Assembly: GCA_965223345.1 (NCBI GenBank)
Contig: CBDCWG010000012.1
Coordinates: 1,952,001-2,016,000, forward strand
Length of the DNA stretch: 64,000 bases
Direction: 5' to 3'
Origin: Nitrospinales bacterium
GTDB lineage: Bacteria > Nitrospinota > Nitrospinia > Nitrospinales > VA-1
Below the pieces are notes generated by a model. The model was not told where the DNA came from, searched no databases, and was given only the letters and a program-made list of their open reading frames with translations. The position numbers were made by a program, and so were the translations under genes. Every line of letters starts with the position of its first letter. Positions within the stretch are counted from its first letter, which is position 1. Shown here one piece after another: positions 1 through 8,866 of this stretch.

Positions 1-88
1 GAAAGGCTGCCGCAATATGTCGCGGTCGGTGCCCAAATCCGTGGCGGAGATCGAAATGCTGATGGCGGGACCCGCACAGGAGAAATAG
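1..88 (+). CDS. pepP: C-terminal end of a probable Xaa-Pro aminopeptidase (partial, runs off the window)
   Basis: Frame 2 reads KGCRNMSRSVPKSVAEIEMLMAGPAQEK* (TAG 86-88), matching the typical PepP tail G-x-x-N-L-x-x-x-VPK-x-x-x-EIE-x-LM. Confidence 0.55.
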   Translation, partial: KGCRNMSRSVPKSVAEIEMLMAGPAQEK

Positions 89-174
89 GACGGATTCGCT
101 CAGGCAACGTACCGCATTGCAGCGGTTCGTGTGCGGAGCTGCCGATGGGGCGGCGATGGATTTTTACCGGATCG

Positions 175-633
175 TCACAGCTCCTTGAGCGCCGCCAGCA
201 CTTCGTCCACGTGGCCTTTCACCTTCACCTTGGGGAAAATCTTCGCGACCTTTCCCGCTTTGTCGATGATGAAGGTGCTCCGCACCACCCCCATGAATTT
301 TTTCCCGTACATGCTTTTTTCCTGCCACACCCCGTATTTGTTCACGATCTTTTGATCGGTGTCCGCGATGAGGTCGAAGGGGAGGCCGTACTTTTCGATG
401 AACTTCTGGTGACGCTCGGGAGGATCGATGCTGACACCCAGCACGACGGTGTTTTTGAATTTTTTATGGTTGTCCTTGAAGTCGCAGGCTTCGGTCGTGC
501 AGCCGGGGGTCATGTCCTTGGGGTAAAAATATAGAACGACGTTTTTTTTCCCTTGAAAGGAACTGAGTTTTATTTTTTTGGAGTCCTGGTTCAGTCCAGT
601 AAAGTCGGGAGCCTTGTTGCCTTCCTTCACCAT
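175..633 (-). CDS. bcp: Thioredoxin-dependent thiol peroxidase (BCP/PrxQ)
   Basis: VLYFYPKDMTPGCTTEACDF peroxidatic motif and RSTFIID; start placed at the ATG of MVKEGNKAPDF. Confidence 0.93.
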   Translation of the reverse strand: MVKEGNKAPDFTGLNQDSKKIKLSSFQGKKNVVLYFYPKDMTPGCTTEACDFKDNHKKFKNTVVLGVSIDPPERHQKFIEKYGLPFDLIADTDQKIVNKYGVWQEKSMYGKKFMGVVRSTFIIDKAGKVAKIFPKVKVKGHVDEVLAALKEL

Positions 634-661
634 CGTTTTGTGTGAATCCTTTCTATAAAGA

Positions 662-1114
662 TCACTCACCCAGTTTTGCCAGCAAGGCCGTTGCCTTTTC
701 GTTGATGGCCTGCACTCTTTCCAGAATTTTTTTCGGTGGCGTCCGGTCGGGATTCATGTTGAAAATCATTCTGCCATCGCCGATCAGGCTCTGGATTTCA
801 TGGAACAGTTCCGGGCCCGGTTTTTTCCCGTTTTCACACATGTCTTCAAAAATGGTGATGGTGCGCCGCATTTTTCCGTCGGTTTGCAGTCCGAGCACGG
901 ATTTTTCCTTCAAGCCGGGGGTTTTTTCCATGAAGCCCCACAATCCTCCTTTGGTTTGAATGACGTCGAAACTGCCAACCAGTTCCTTGCCGCCTTGAAC
1001 GCATCGGTCGGCTGCGAATGCGGCGCTTCCACCGAATGCCAGGAAGTACACGGAGACAAGTGCGAACACAAATTTACAACGGGGGCTCCCGCGGAGGTGC
1101 GGATGTTTGACCAT
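662..1114 (-). CDS. Secreted hypothetical protein
   Basis: Signal-peptide-like FVFALVSVYFLAFGGSAAFA followed by a helical domain with two Cys; GGAG upstream of ATG 1114. Confidence 0.6.
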   Translation of the reverse strand: MVKHPHLRGSPRCKFVFALVSVYFLAFGGSAAFAADRCVQGGKELVGSFDVIQTKGGLWGFMEKTPGLKEKSVLGLQTDGKMRRTITIFEDMCENGKKPGPELFHEIQSLIGDGRMIFNMNPDRTPPKKILERVQAINEKATALLAKLGE

Positions 1115-1330
1115 GTTCCTTTCTCCTACTTTCAAGGTTGGGCACTTTGCGCGGGATAACGCAAATTGCTGTGAAGATAATTTTTTTGGAAGATTAAATC
1201 ATTTAACAGGAACGGTAAACCAATGTCAAACTTAATATTTTATAGGGTCTTTGGGGAAGAGGATGCAATGGAAGGTGGATGAAAAAATGGCGTCCGGTCT
1301 TCGGGAAAAGGATAGCGGCTGCGGGCGCCA

Positions 1331-2953
1331 TCAGGGCATCAGGTTTTTATAGCCTTCTGTATTCCTTAAGCTTTCAAATATCGGATCGGACTCAATGCGG
1401 GATCGCATGGCGGGGTTGATCTGGACGATCTTCTCCAGGTTTTTCAGGCTTTCCGATCGGTTGCCGTTCTTCACATACGCCTGGGCGAGGAGGAAGCGGT
1501 GGGCGATGATGTTTTCGTGATTGGGATGGGCGATGAGAACCCTTTCGAGTATGGATATCGCCCGGCTGTTGTTGCCGCTTTTGTAATAGGCGGTGGCGGT
1601 GTTCAGCAGGCTGTCCAGGTGATCCGGGTCCATGCGGACCACCATCGAATAGATGGCGATGGCGCGGTCGTACATCTTGTAATGCGCGAAAATCTCGCCC
1701 TTTCGATTCAGCGCCCGAGTGGGCTCAATGAAGATCTCGTCGCGGCTGTAGAGCACGGCGGGTTTTTCGTCTTCGGATAACTGCTTGAGGGAAATTTTTG
1801 CCAGATTGCCGGGATCTCCCAGCGTTCTGGCTTTCTCATAGTATTCCCGCGCCTGATCGAGTTTCCCCTGGATGATGCGGATGTCGCCGAGTTCCTGATA
1901 ACCGCGCGCCTGTTTTGGCTTGTCTTGCCCGGCCAGCTTGATGAACTGCTGCACGGCCTTTTCCGCCGCATCCAGCCGCAACAGCAGGCTGCACATGCCC
2001 ACATGGATTTCGTTGATTTTGGCATCGTCCGGTTTGATGCGGGCCGCCGTCTCGATTTCGATGAAGGAAAGCCCGTACTTCCCGGACTGGTAATAGGCCC
2101 TCGATTTGCTCAGATGGTATTCGTGCGGCTCGATTTTGAGCGGCAGTTTTTCGATGGCGTTGCTGTTGACCAGTTTCAGCAGGCGGTTTGCGGATTTGAC
2201 CTTGGGGTGTTCCAGGCGGGTTTCCAGAATCCGGAAGATATGGGTTTTGGATTTCTCGGCTTTTCCCTGTGCGGCGTACAGGTAGGCGATCTCGTAATTG
2301 GCGTCGAGATTGTTTTCATCCAGCGCGATGGTTTTCAGAAACGCATTTTCGGCGTCCTCGATGCGGTTGAGGTAGTAATAGTTCATCCCCATGTCCAGCG
2401 GATAGCGCGGGTTTTTCGGATCCAGCCTTTCGGCTGTTTGGAGCGCCTCGATGGCTTCCTCCATTTTTCCCAACGCCGCCAGCGTGAGGGCGTATTCGTA
2501 ATGCGCCTGCGGCGACTGCGCGTGTTGTTGCACCGCGATTTCGCAGCCCCGTTCCGAAAGCCGTCCTTTGCCCAGGTTGCGGTAGACCTGGCAAAAGCTG
2601 TAGTGCAGGGCCGGGTGCTGCCGGTCGATCACATGGCCTTCCAAGAGCGATTGCAGCGCTTCCCGGTGCTTGCCCATTTCGCCCAGAACGAGGCCGGTCA
2701 GGATGCGGGCGGTGCTGTCCGTGGAATTCGTGCGGGATTTTTCCTCGAGGATTTTGAGAGCTTCCGCGGGCTTGTTTTCACGCATCAGATCGTGCACCCG
2801 CTGATATTCGGGGTCCCGGCTTTCCTGGTTGACGGAAAGATCCCAGTGGGCGATGGATTTGTCCGGGAAGACCGCTTGCGCCGGTGCGGCGAGCAAGGTG
2901 CAGAGGATCCAGGCTGCAACCGCAGCGGTTCGGGTTGTGACGGGTGCTTTCAT
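1331..2953 (-). CDS. Secreted tetratricopeptide-repeat protein
   Basis: Signal peptide (AAWILCTLLAAPAQA) and many TPR motifs (e.g. AHYEYALTLAALGKMEEAIEALQTAERLDPKN); real start is MKAPV, not the ORF-track start at 3130. Confidence 0.85.
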   Translation of the reverse strand: MKAPVTTRTAAVAAWILCTLLAAPAQAVFPDKSIAHWDLSVNQESRDPEYQRVHDLMRENKPAEALKILEEKSRTNSTDSTARILTGLVLGEMGKHREALQSLLEGHVIDRQHPALHYSFCQVYRNLGKGRLSERGCEIAVQQHAQSPQAHYEYALTLAALGKMEEAIEALQTAERLDPKNPRYPLDMGMNYYYLNRIEDAENAFLKTIALDENNLDANYEIAYLYAAQGKAEKSKTHIFRILETRLEHPKVKSANRLLKLVNSNAIEKLPLKIEPHEYHLSKSRAYYQSGKYGLSFIEIETAARIKPDDAKINEIHVGMCSLLLRLDAAEKAVQQFIKLAGQDKPKQARGYQELGDIRIIQGKLDQAREYYEKARTLGDPGNLAKISLKQLSEDEKPAVLYSRDEIFIEPTRALNRKGEIFAHYKMYDRAIAIYSMVVRMDPDHLDSLLNTATAYYKSGNNSRAISILERVLIAHPNHENIIAHRFLLAQAYVKNGNRSESLKNLEKIVQINPAMRSRIESDPIFESLRNTEGYKNLMP

Positions 2954-2975
2954 GGCTTGACCTTTGGTTGAACGT

Positions 2976-3542
2976 TCACGGGGCGGCCTGCCGCACGGCG
3001 CGTACGGCTCGCCGGCCCTTCGATTTTTTGGAGCTGCTGAACCGGTCCCCGGTGTTGAACACCACGCCGAACGCGTTGTAGCGCCCGTTGGTCTCGGTGG
3101 TCCACAAAGAGCCGCTTCCCTCGGGGGCAAAAATGGGGTCCATGTGCAGGTTCATTTCAGTGCCCACCTGGGCGCTGTTGAATTTGTCCGGGTCGAACAG
3201 GGTCTGCAGTTCTTTCACCGTCGGCACCTTCCAGTCGATGTGATCGGCGAACGCATCCTGATTGAGCTGGTTGACATACTCGAAAGCCTGGAACCAGTCC
3301 ATCCAGTGGCCCTTGTGCTGGTAGGAATCCTGTTGCATCCACATCAGCCCGGTGCGGGTGTCGGTGACGGTGCCGTCGCCGTTGTCGATGAAGCGCTTGT
3401 CCTCGGAAACCCGGGTTGCCGGCGCGGTTTCCGTCTGGGCCCATTCGGGCCAGATCGATGCGATCAGTAGGGCGAATGCCGCTGCCAGGAGATATTGCAG
3501 TCTGAACGGATGGGTCGATGAAGTGCTGTTGTCTGTGCGCAT
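2976..3542 (-). CDS. DUF1566 (Lcl C-terminal domain) secreted protein
   Basis: RFIDNGDGTVTDTRTGLMW, DWKVPTVKELQTL and terminal VRAVR motifs; only the last ~188 aa of the 633-aa track ORF are real. Confidence 0.85.
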   Translation of the reverse strand: MRTDNSTSSTHPFRLQYLLAAAFALLIASIWPEWAQTETAPATRVSEDKRFIDNGDGTVTDTRTGLMWMQQDSYQHKGHWMDWFQAFEYVNQLNQDAFADHIDWKVPTVKELQTLFDPDKFNSAQVGTEMNLHMDPIFAPEGSGSLWTTETNGRYNAFGVVFNTGDRFSSSKKSKGRRAVRAVRQAAP

Positions 3543-3553
3543 GGTTTTGGGAC

Positions 3554-4996
3554 TCAGGATGAGCCGAGTTTTTCCTTCAATAATTCGTTGACCAGGGCCG
3601 GATTGGCCTGGCCTTTGCTGGCTTTCATGACCTGTCCGACAAAATAGCCGAACAGTTTTTCCTTGCCGTTGCGGTAACCTTCCAGTTGTTCGGGATTGGC
3701 GGCCAGCACGTCGTCGATCCATTGTGTGATGGCGGAATCGTCGGTGACCTGGGTCAAGCCTTTTTCCTCGACGATCGTCGCCGCCGGTTTGCCGGTCTGC
3801 ACCATTTCCTCGAACACGGTTTTGGCGATCTTCGCGCTGATGGTGCCTTTGTCGATCAGCTGCAGCAGGCCGGTCAGCCCTTCCGGTGAAACCGGGCTGT
3901 GCTCGATCCCGCGGCCGTCGTTTTTCAATTCGCGCAGCAGCTCGCCCATGATCCAGTTGCTGATGAGCTTGGGCTGGTTCAACAGCGCGATGCAGCGCTC
4001 GAAATAATCCGCCAGCGGCTGGGAAGCGGTCAGGACGCCCGCATCGTATTCGGGGATGCCGTATTCGGAGACGAAGCGCCGGCGTTTCTGTTCGGGAAGC
4101 TCCGGCAGGGTTTTGCGGATCGATTCGACCCAGGCGTCGTCGAGCGCGACGTGCACCAGGTCCGGTTCCGGAAAGTACCGGTAATCGTGCGCTTCTTCCT
4201 TGCTGCGCATGGAAAAGGTCACGCCCTTGTCCGCATCGTACAGCCGGGTCTCCTGCACCACCGCATCGCCCTGGTCGAGGATTTTGCTCTGGCGCTCCAC
4301 TTCGTATTCGATGGCTTTTTGCACGAAGCGGAAGGAATTGAGGTTTTTCAGCTCGGTGCGGGTTCCGAATGCTTCCTGGCCCACGGGGCGCAGCGAAACA
4401 TTGGCGTCGCAGCGCAGGCTGCCTTCTTCCATGTTGCAGTCGCTGATCTCGGAGTATTCCAGGATGGCCTTGAGCTGCGACAGGTATTCGCGCGCTTCTT
4501 CCGGCGTTCTCAGGTCGGGCTCGCTGACGATCTCGACGAGTGGCACGCCGGTGCGGTTGAAATCGACGTAGCTTTTTCCGGGGTTGCCCAGGTTTTCCCC
4601 GTGGATCAGCTTGCCGGCATCTTCTTCCATGTGGATGCGGGTGAGGCGGATGCGTTTGCTCTTGCCGTCCACGGTGATGTTGACGTGGCCGTCCAGTCCC
4701 AGGGGCAGATCGAACTGCGAGATCTGGTAACCCTTGGGAAGGTCGGGATAGAAGTAGTTCTTGCGGGCGAACTGGTTGTGCGGGGCGATTTTGCAGCCGG
4801 TCGCCAGGCAGGCTTTGGCGGCGAACTCCACCGCCTGCCTGTTGAGAACGGGCAACACTCCCGGCATTCCCAGACACACCGGGCAGGTGTTTTCGTTGGC
4901 GGGGCGGCCGAATTCGGTGGAGCAGGAGCAGAAAATTTTTGTCCGGGTTTTAAGCTGGACGTGGACTTCCAGTCCGATGACGATTTCGTACTTCAT
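3554..4996 (-). CDS. gatB: Asp-tRNA(Asn)/Glu-tRNA(Gln) amidotransferase subunit B
   Basis: [43 protein letters not shown] and a YqeY-like tail. Confidence 0.98.
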   Translation of the reverse strand: MKYEIVIGLEVHVQLKTRTKIFCSCSTEFGRPANENTCPVCLGMPGVLPVLNRQAVEFAAKACLATGCKIAPHNQFARKNYFYPDLPKGYQISQFDLPLGLDGHVNITVDGKSKRIRLTRIHMEEDAGKLIHGENLGNPGKSYVDFNRTGVPLVEIVSEPDLRTPEEAREYLSQLKAILEYSEISDCNMEEGSLRCDANVSLRPVGQEAFGTRTELKNLNSFRFVQKAIEYEVERQSKILDQGDAVVQETRLYDADKGVTFSMRSKEEAHDYRYFPEPDLVHVALDDAWVESIRKTLPELPEQKRRRFVSEYGIPEYDAGVLTASQPLADYFERCIALLNQPKLISNWIMGELLRELKNDGRGIEHSPVSPEGLTGLLQLIDKGTISAKIAKTVFEEMVQTGKPAATIVEEKGLTQVTDDSAITQWIDDVLAANPEQLEGYRNGKEKLFGYFVGQVMKASKGQANPALVNELLKEKLGSS

Positions 4997-5129
4997 GAAG
5001 GAAAACCTGCGATCTGTTCAGGGCAATCCGCGGCGTTCAAACCTGGAAGGCACGGGCAACCTGTGGCTGGACGGTGGATTTTCGTTAAGTCATTGTAATG
5101 GCCACCAAAATTCCAGTCAAGTGCCGAGA

Positions 5130-5870
5130 TCAGCGCAGGGTTTTGCCCCCATCGACCGGCAGGACGGTTCCCGTCACGAAGGAGGATTCGTCGCTGGCCA
5201 GAAACAGGCAGGCCCGGGCGACGTCCTCCGGAGTTCCGAAGCGCCGCAACGGGTAGGTTTTCAACAGCTCTTTCTCCCGCGTCTTGTCCTTGCGGATGTC
5301 CGCGGTCATGTCGGTCTCGATCATTCCCGGGCAGATGGCGTTGGAGCGGATGCCGCTGGGGCCGTATTCGATGGCGATCGAACGGCTGAAATGCGTGAGG
5401 GCGCCTTTGGAGACGCTGTAGGCGGCGGTTCCCGGCGCCGATATGAGCCCGAGGATGGAGCTGATATGGATGATGCTGCCCCGTTTGTTCTCGAGCATCG
5501 ACGGGATGACTTTCTGCGTCACTTTGTACACGCTTTTCAAATTGATGTTCAGCATGTCGTCCCAGTGGTCTTCGTCCATTTTTTCGAACGGGGAGGTGTC
5601 GAACATGCCGGCGTTGTTCACAAGAATATCGATGCTTCCCAACCGGTCGAGGGCCGAATCCACCAGAATCTGGATGTCCTCCTCGCGGGTGAGGTCCCCG
5701 CACACGGCGTGGACGTTCTCGCCGATATCACGCACCGCGGCCTCGAGTTTTTTCTTCCGGCGGCCGAATATCACCACTTTGGCGCCCTCTCTGCAGAAGA
5801 GCTGGGCGCAGCTGAAACCGACCCCGGTGCCGCCTCCGGTGATGATCGCTGTTTTGTTTTTGAGTCGCAT
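5130..5870 (-). CDS. Short-chain dehydrogenase/reductase (classical SDR)
   Basis: TGGGTGVG, NNAG, YSVSKG (YxxxK), VDGG. Confidence 0.93.
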   Translation of the reverse strand: MRLKNKTAIITGGGTGVGFSCAQLFCREGAKVVIFGRRKKKLEAAVRDIGENVHAVCGDLTREEDIQILVDSALDRLGSIDILVNNAGMFDTSPFEKMDEDHWDDMLNINLKSVYKVTQKVIPSMLENKRGSIIHISSILGLISAPGTAAYSVSKGALTHFSRSIAIEYGPSGIRSNAICPGMIETDMTADIRKDKTREKELLKTYPLRRFGTPEDVARACLFLASDESSFVTGTVLPVDGGKTLR

Positions 5871-6031
5871 TGAATCTCCCGGATTTTTTATTGATTGAAT
5901 TACAATGTATAATAAGAACTTGAGCTCAGTTGAAATCCATCCTAGGGGATTGTGACAAAAACTCCGGCTTCACGTTATTGATTTGGGCTTCGGACATCTC
6001 CTTCGGGTGTGGCTGTGAAAGGTGTGCAAAC

Positions 6032-6280
6032 ATGACTTTGATGAAGGGCATTTATTACGGATTCGGTGCTTTTATCGGCCTGGTTTGCGGCAGTGTCATC
6101 AATCTGATCTTCTACTGGGTCGAAAAATCCGGCACCCCGTTTGCTGCGAATTTGGTGCGGGATTATGGGGCTTTTGGCAAATACATCCTCGAGTTGATCA
6201 ACGCGCTGCCCTTTTTCGGAGCCGCGCTGGGGATCATTCTGGTCAAAGTGCTGTTTGGCAAAGAGCTGGAAAACAAATGA
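6032..6280 (+). CDS. Small membrane protein (2 TM), hypothetical
   Basis: Two hydrophobic segments; start uncertain (6032 or 6041). Confidence 0.55.
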   Translation: MTLMKGIYYGFGAFIGLVCGSVINLIFYWVEKSGTPFAANLVRDYGAFGKYILELINALPFFGAALGIILVKVLFGKELENK

Positions 6281-6446
6281 TCCTTCCGCCGGCGCCCGGC
6301 AGCATGGGGAAGGGCAAAGCTTTGAAAAACGGTACTTTTTGCTTCAAAGGCTGTGGGTCGTTCTCCGTCAACCCCGGGGGGCTCTCAGGCCCGATTTAAT
6401 GGTAAAATAGAAATTGCGATGTGCAAAATGAAAACTGGACCGGAGA

Positions 6447-6653
6447 ATGTCGAAAAAATTTAATGAAAATCTGAAAAAAGCTCTGGGAAAAACTCAGGAA
6501 GCGGTGGAAATCTGCAAACAGGCCATGATCGACGCCAACGACGAAAGCTGCCGCGCCATGTACCAGGCCATACTAAAAGATTGCGAAAAACATATCAAGA
6601 TGCTGGAAGAAGAAATCGACCTCCATAAAGTGCAAAAAAAGTGGGAAGGTTGA
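6447..6653 (+). CDS. Small Cys-containing protein resembling half a ferritin-like bundle
   Basis: 68 aa; GGAG RBS; stop directly abuts the ATG of the response regulator; pattern A-x-D-x-x-x-R-x-x-Y-x-x-I-x-x-D-C-x-x-H. Confidence 0.65.
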   Translation: MSKKFNENLKKALGKTQEAVEICKQAMIDANDESCRAMYQAILKDCEKHIKMLEEEIDLHKVQKKWEG

Positions 6654-7322
6654 ATGCGTATTCTGATCATTGAAGACGAAAAGAAAGTCGCCGGCTTCAT
6701 TAAAAAAGGCCTGGAAGAGGAGACCTATGCCGTGGATGTGGCCTACGACGGCGAAGAAGGGCTTTACATGGGCCAGCAGAGCCAGTACGACCTGATCATC
6801 CTGGATCTGATGCTCCCGGTGATCGACGGGCTGGAAGTGTTGTCGCGTTTCCGCAAAGAGAAGATCGACACGCCCGTGCTTCTGCTGACGGCCAAGGATT
6901 CGGTGGAGGACAAGGTCACCGGGCTCAACACCGGCGCCGATGATTATCTGACCAAGCCGTTCGCGTTCTCCGAACTGCTGGCGCGCATCCGGGTGCTGCT
7001 GCGCCGGGGCAAGGCCGAAACCAAGACCGTGCTGCAGATCGACGGGCTGACGCTGGATCTGGTCAGCCACAAGGTCAAGCGGCACGGCGAGGAAATCGAT
7101 CTGACCGGCAAAGAATACAGCCTGCTCGAATACTTCATGCGCAACCAGGGCAAGGTGCTGACGCGCACCATGATCGCCGAGCACGTTTGGGACTATAACT
7201 TCGACACCTTCACCAACGTGATCGACGTGTACGTCAATCACCTGCGCAAAAAGATCGACAAAAACTACCCCAAAAAACTCCTGCACACGCTTCGGGGCGT
7301 CGGGTATATCATGAAAGAGTAG
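6654..7322 (+). CDS. Heavy-metal response regulator (CusR/CopR/CzcR-type, OmpR family)
   Basis: MRILIIEDE, LDLMLP, GADDYLTKPFAFSELLAR, VWDYNFDTFTNVIDVYV, HTLRGVGY. Confidence 0.93.
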   Translation: MRILIIEDEKKVAGFIKKGLEEETYAVDVAYDGEEGLYMGQQSQYDLIILDLMLPVIDGLEVLSRFRKEKIDTPVLLLTAKDSVEDKVTGLNTGADDYLTKPFAFSELLARIRVLLRRGKAETKTVLQIDGLTLDLVSHKVKRHGEEIDLTGKEYSLLEYFMRNQGKVLTRTMIAEHVWDYNFDTFTNVIDVYVNHLRKKIDKNYPKKLLHTLRGVGYIMKE

Positions 7323-7327
7323 GTGTC

Positions 7328-8758
7328 ATGGTATTCAACACCATCCGATCCCGATTGACGGCTTGGTATGTGGTGCTTCTCGGCATCATCCTGATCCTGT
7401 TCAGCGTATTCCTGCACTATTTTCTCTCCAAACGGCTGTACGAAAGTGTGGACAACTCCCTCAAGGTGTCCGCGACGGTGGTGGCGCAGTCGGCGTCGAT
7501 GAAATTCAACCAGGTGCCGCTGCCGGGGCTGGAGCGTTTTTTCGAGCAGTTTCTGGGATACGAAAACCTCAACAAGTTCTACCGCATCTACGACGGCTCC
7601 GGAAACGTGGGCTCCCGATCCAAGGGGATCAACGCCTCCAAGTTCCCCCTCACCCAGGAGGCCTATTCCGATGCGCTGAAAGGCGAGACCACCTACGAAA
7701 CCATCACCATCGACAACGTGTCGCCGATCCGCATGATCACCATGCCGGTGCTGCGCGACAACAAGCTGGTCAACCTGGTGCAGGTGGGCACGTCGCTGGA
7801 ATCGGTGCAGGAAACCCTGAAGAACCTGCAGATCTTCATGTTCGCCGCCGTGCCGTCGGTGCTTTTGATCGCCACGCTGTTCGGGCGGTTCATGGCCCGG
7901 CGCGCGCTCAAGCCGGTGGCCAAGATCATCCAGACGGCGCGGGAGGTGACCGGCGGGGTGGACCTCAGCAAGCGCATCCCCGTTCCCGAGGTGCAGGATG
8001 AAATCGGCCAGCTCGCCACCACGTTCAACGACATGATGGACCGGCTGGACGGCTCGTTCAAACAGATGCAGCAGTTCAGCAGCGACGCCTCGCACGAGCT
8101 GCGCACGCCGCTGACGGTGCTGCAGGGGCAGAACGAATTGATCCTGAACAAGCAGAGAAACGCCAAGGAATATCAGGAGGTGATCTCCAGCAATTTGGAG
8201 GAGATCAACTACATGTCGAAGGTCCTGGAGGATCTGTTCGTGCTCTCCCGCTCGGATGAAAACCAGATCCAGCTCGACTGCAAGCCGATGGATTTGAGAG
8301 AGATCATCGACGAAGTCTACAAGCATGCGGAAGCGCTGGCGGCGGAAAAGAACATCCGCATCTCCATCGCCTTTCTCGAACCGGTGAGCATCAACGGCGA
8401 CGCGGTGCGGCTGCGGCAGATGGTGTGGAATATCCTGCACAACGCGATCAAGTACACGCCGCCGGGCCAGCAGATCAAGCTTTCACTGGAAGATCAGGGC
8501 GACTCGGCCTATCTGACGGTGCAGGATACCGGCATCGGCATTTCCGAAGAGGACCTGCCCCACATCTTCAACCGGTTTTTCCGGGTGGACAAGGCGCGCT
8601 CGCGCAAGGAAGGCGGCAGCGGACTGGGGCTCAGCATCTGCAAGCACATCGTCGAGGCGCACAAAGGCAGGATCGATGTGGAAAGCGAAATCGGCAAGGG
8701 CACCAAGTTCAAGATCAAGCTGCCCAAGATCGCCTCGATGAAACCCCTCAGCGCCTGA
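7328..8758 (+). CDS. Heavy-metal sensor histidine kinase (CusS-like; TM-HAMP-HisKA-HATPase)
   Basis: Two TMs, DEIGQLA HAMP, DASHELRTPL H-box, NILHNAIKY, DTGIGI, GSGLGLSI. Confidence 0.93.
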   Translation: MVFNTIRSRLTAWYVVLLGIILILFSVFLHYFLSKRLYESVDNSLKVSATVVAQSASMKFNQVPLPGLERFFEQFLGYENLNKFYRIYDGSGNVGSRSKGINASKFPLTQEAYSDALKGETTYETITIDNVSPIRMITMPVLRDNKLVNLVQVGTSLESVQETLKNLQIFMFAAVPSVLLIATLFGRFMARRALKPVAKIIQTAREVTGGVDLSKRIPVPEVQDEIGQLATTFNDMMDRLDGSFKQMQQFSSDASHELRTPLTVLQGQNELILNKQRNAKEYQEVISSNLEEINYMSKVLEDLFVLSRSDENQIQLDCKPMDLREIIDEVYKHAEALAAEKNIRISIAFLEPVSINGDAVRLRQMVWNILHNAIKYTPPGQQIKLSLEDQGDSAYLTVQDTGIGISEEDLPHIFNRFFRVDKARSRKEGGSGLGLSICKHIVEAHKGRIDVESEIGKGTKFKIKLPKIASMKPLSA

Positions 8759-8866
8759 GCGCACGATCTAAGAATCGGAAGCAAACTTCATTTGTGGAAT
8801 AAATAGAAATAGGGAGGAATCTGAGATAGGGGTCAACAGCTTATTTCCCAGACGGGGCAAAAGAAT

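Noticed and set aside
2976..4877. 633-aa ORF suggesting a large DUF1566 fusion
   Set aside because: The first ~445 aa are an alternative frame over gatB; only 2976-3542 has domain motifs
5130..5870. SDR as a ketosphinganine/ceramide reductase for the lipid cluster
   Set aside because: Generic classical SDR 44 kb away, with nothing linking it to the cluster
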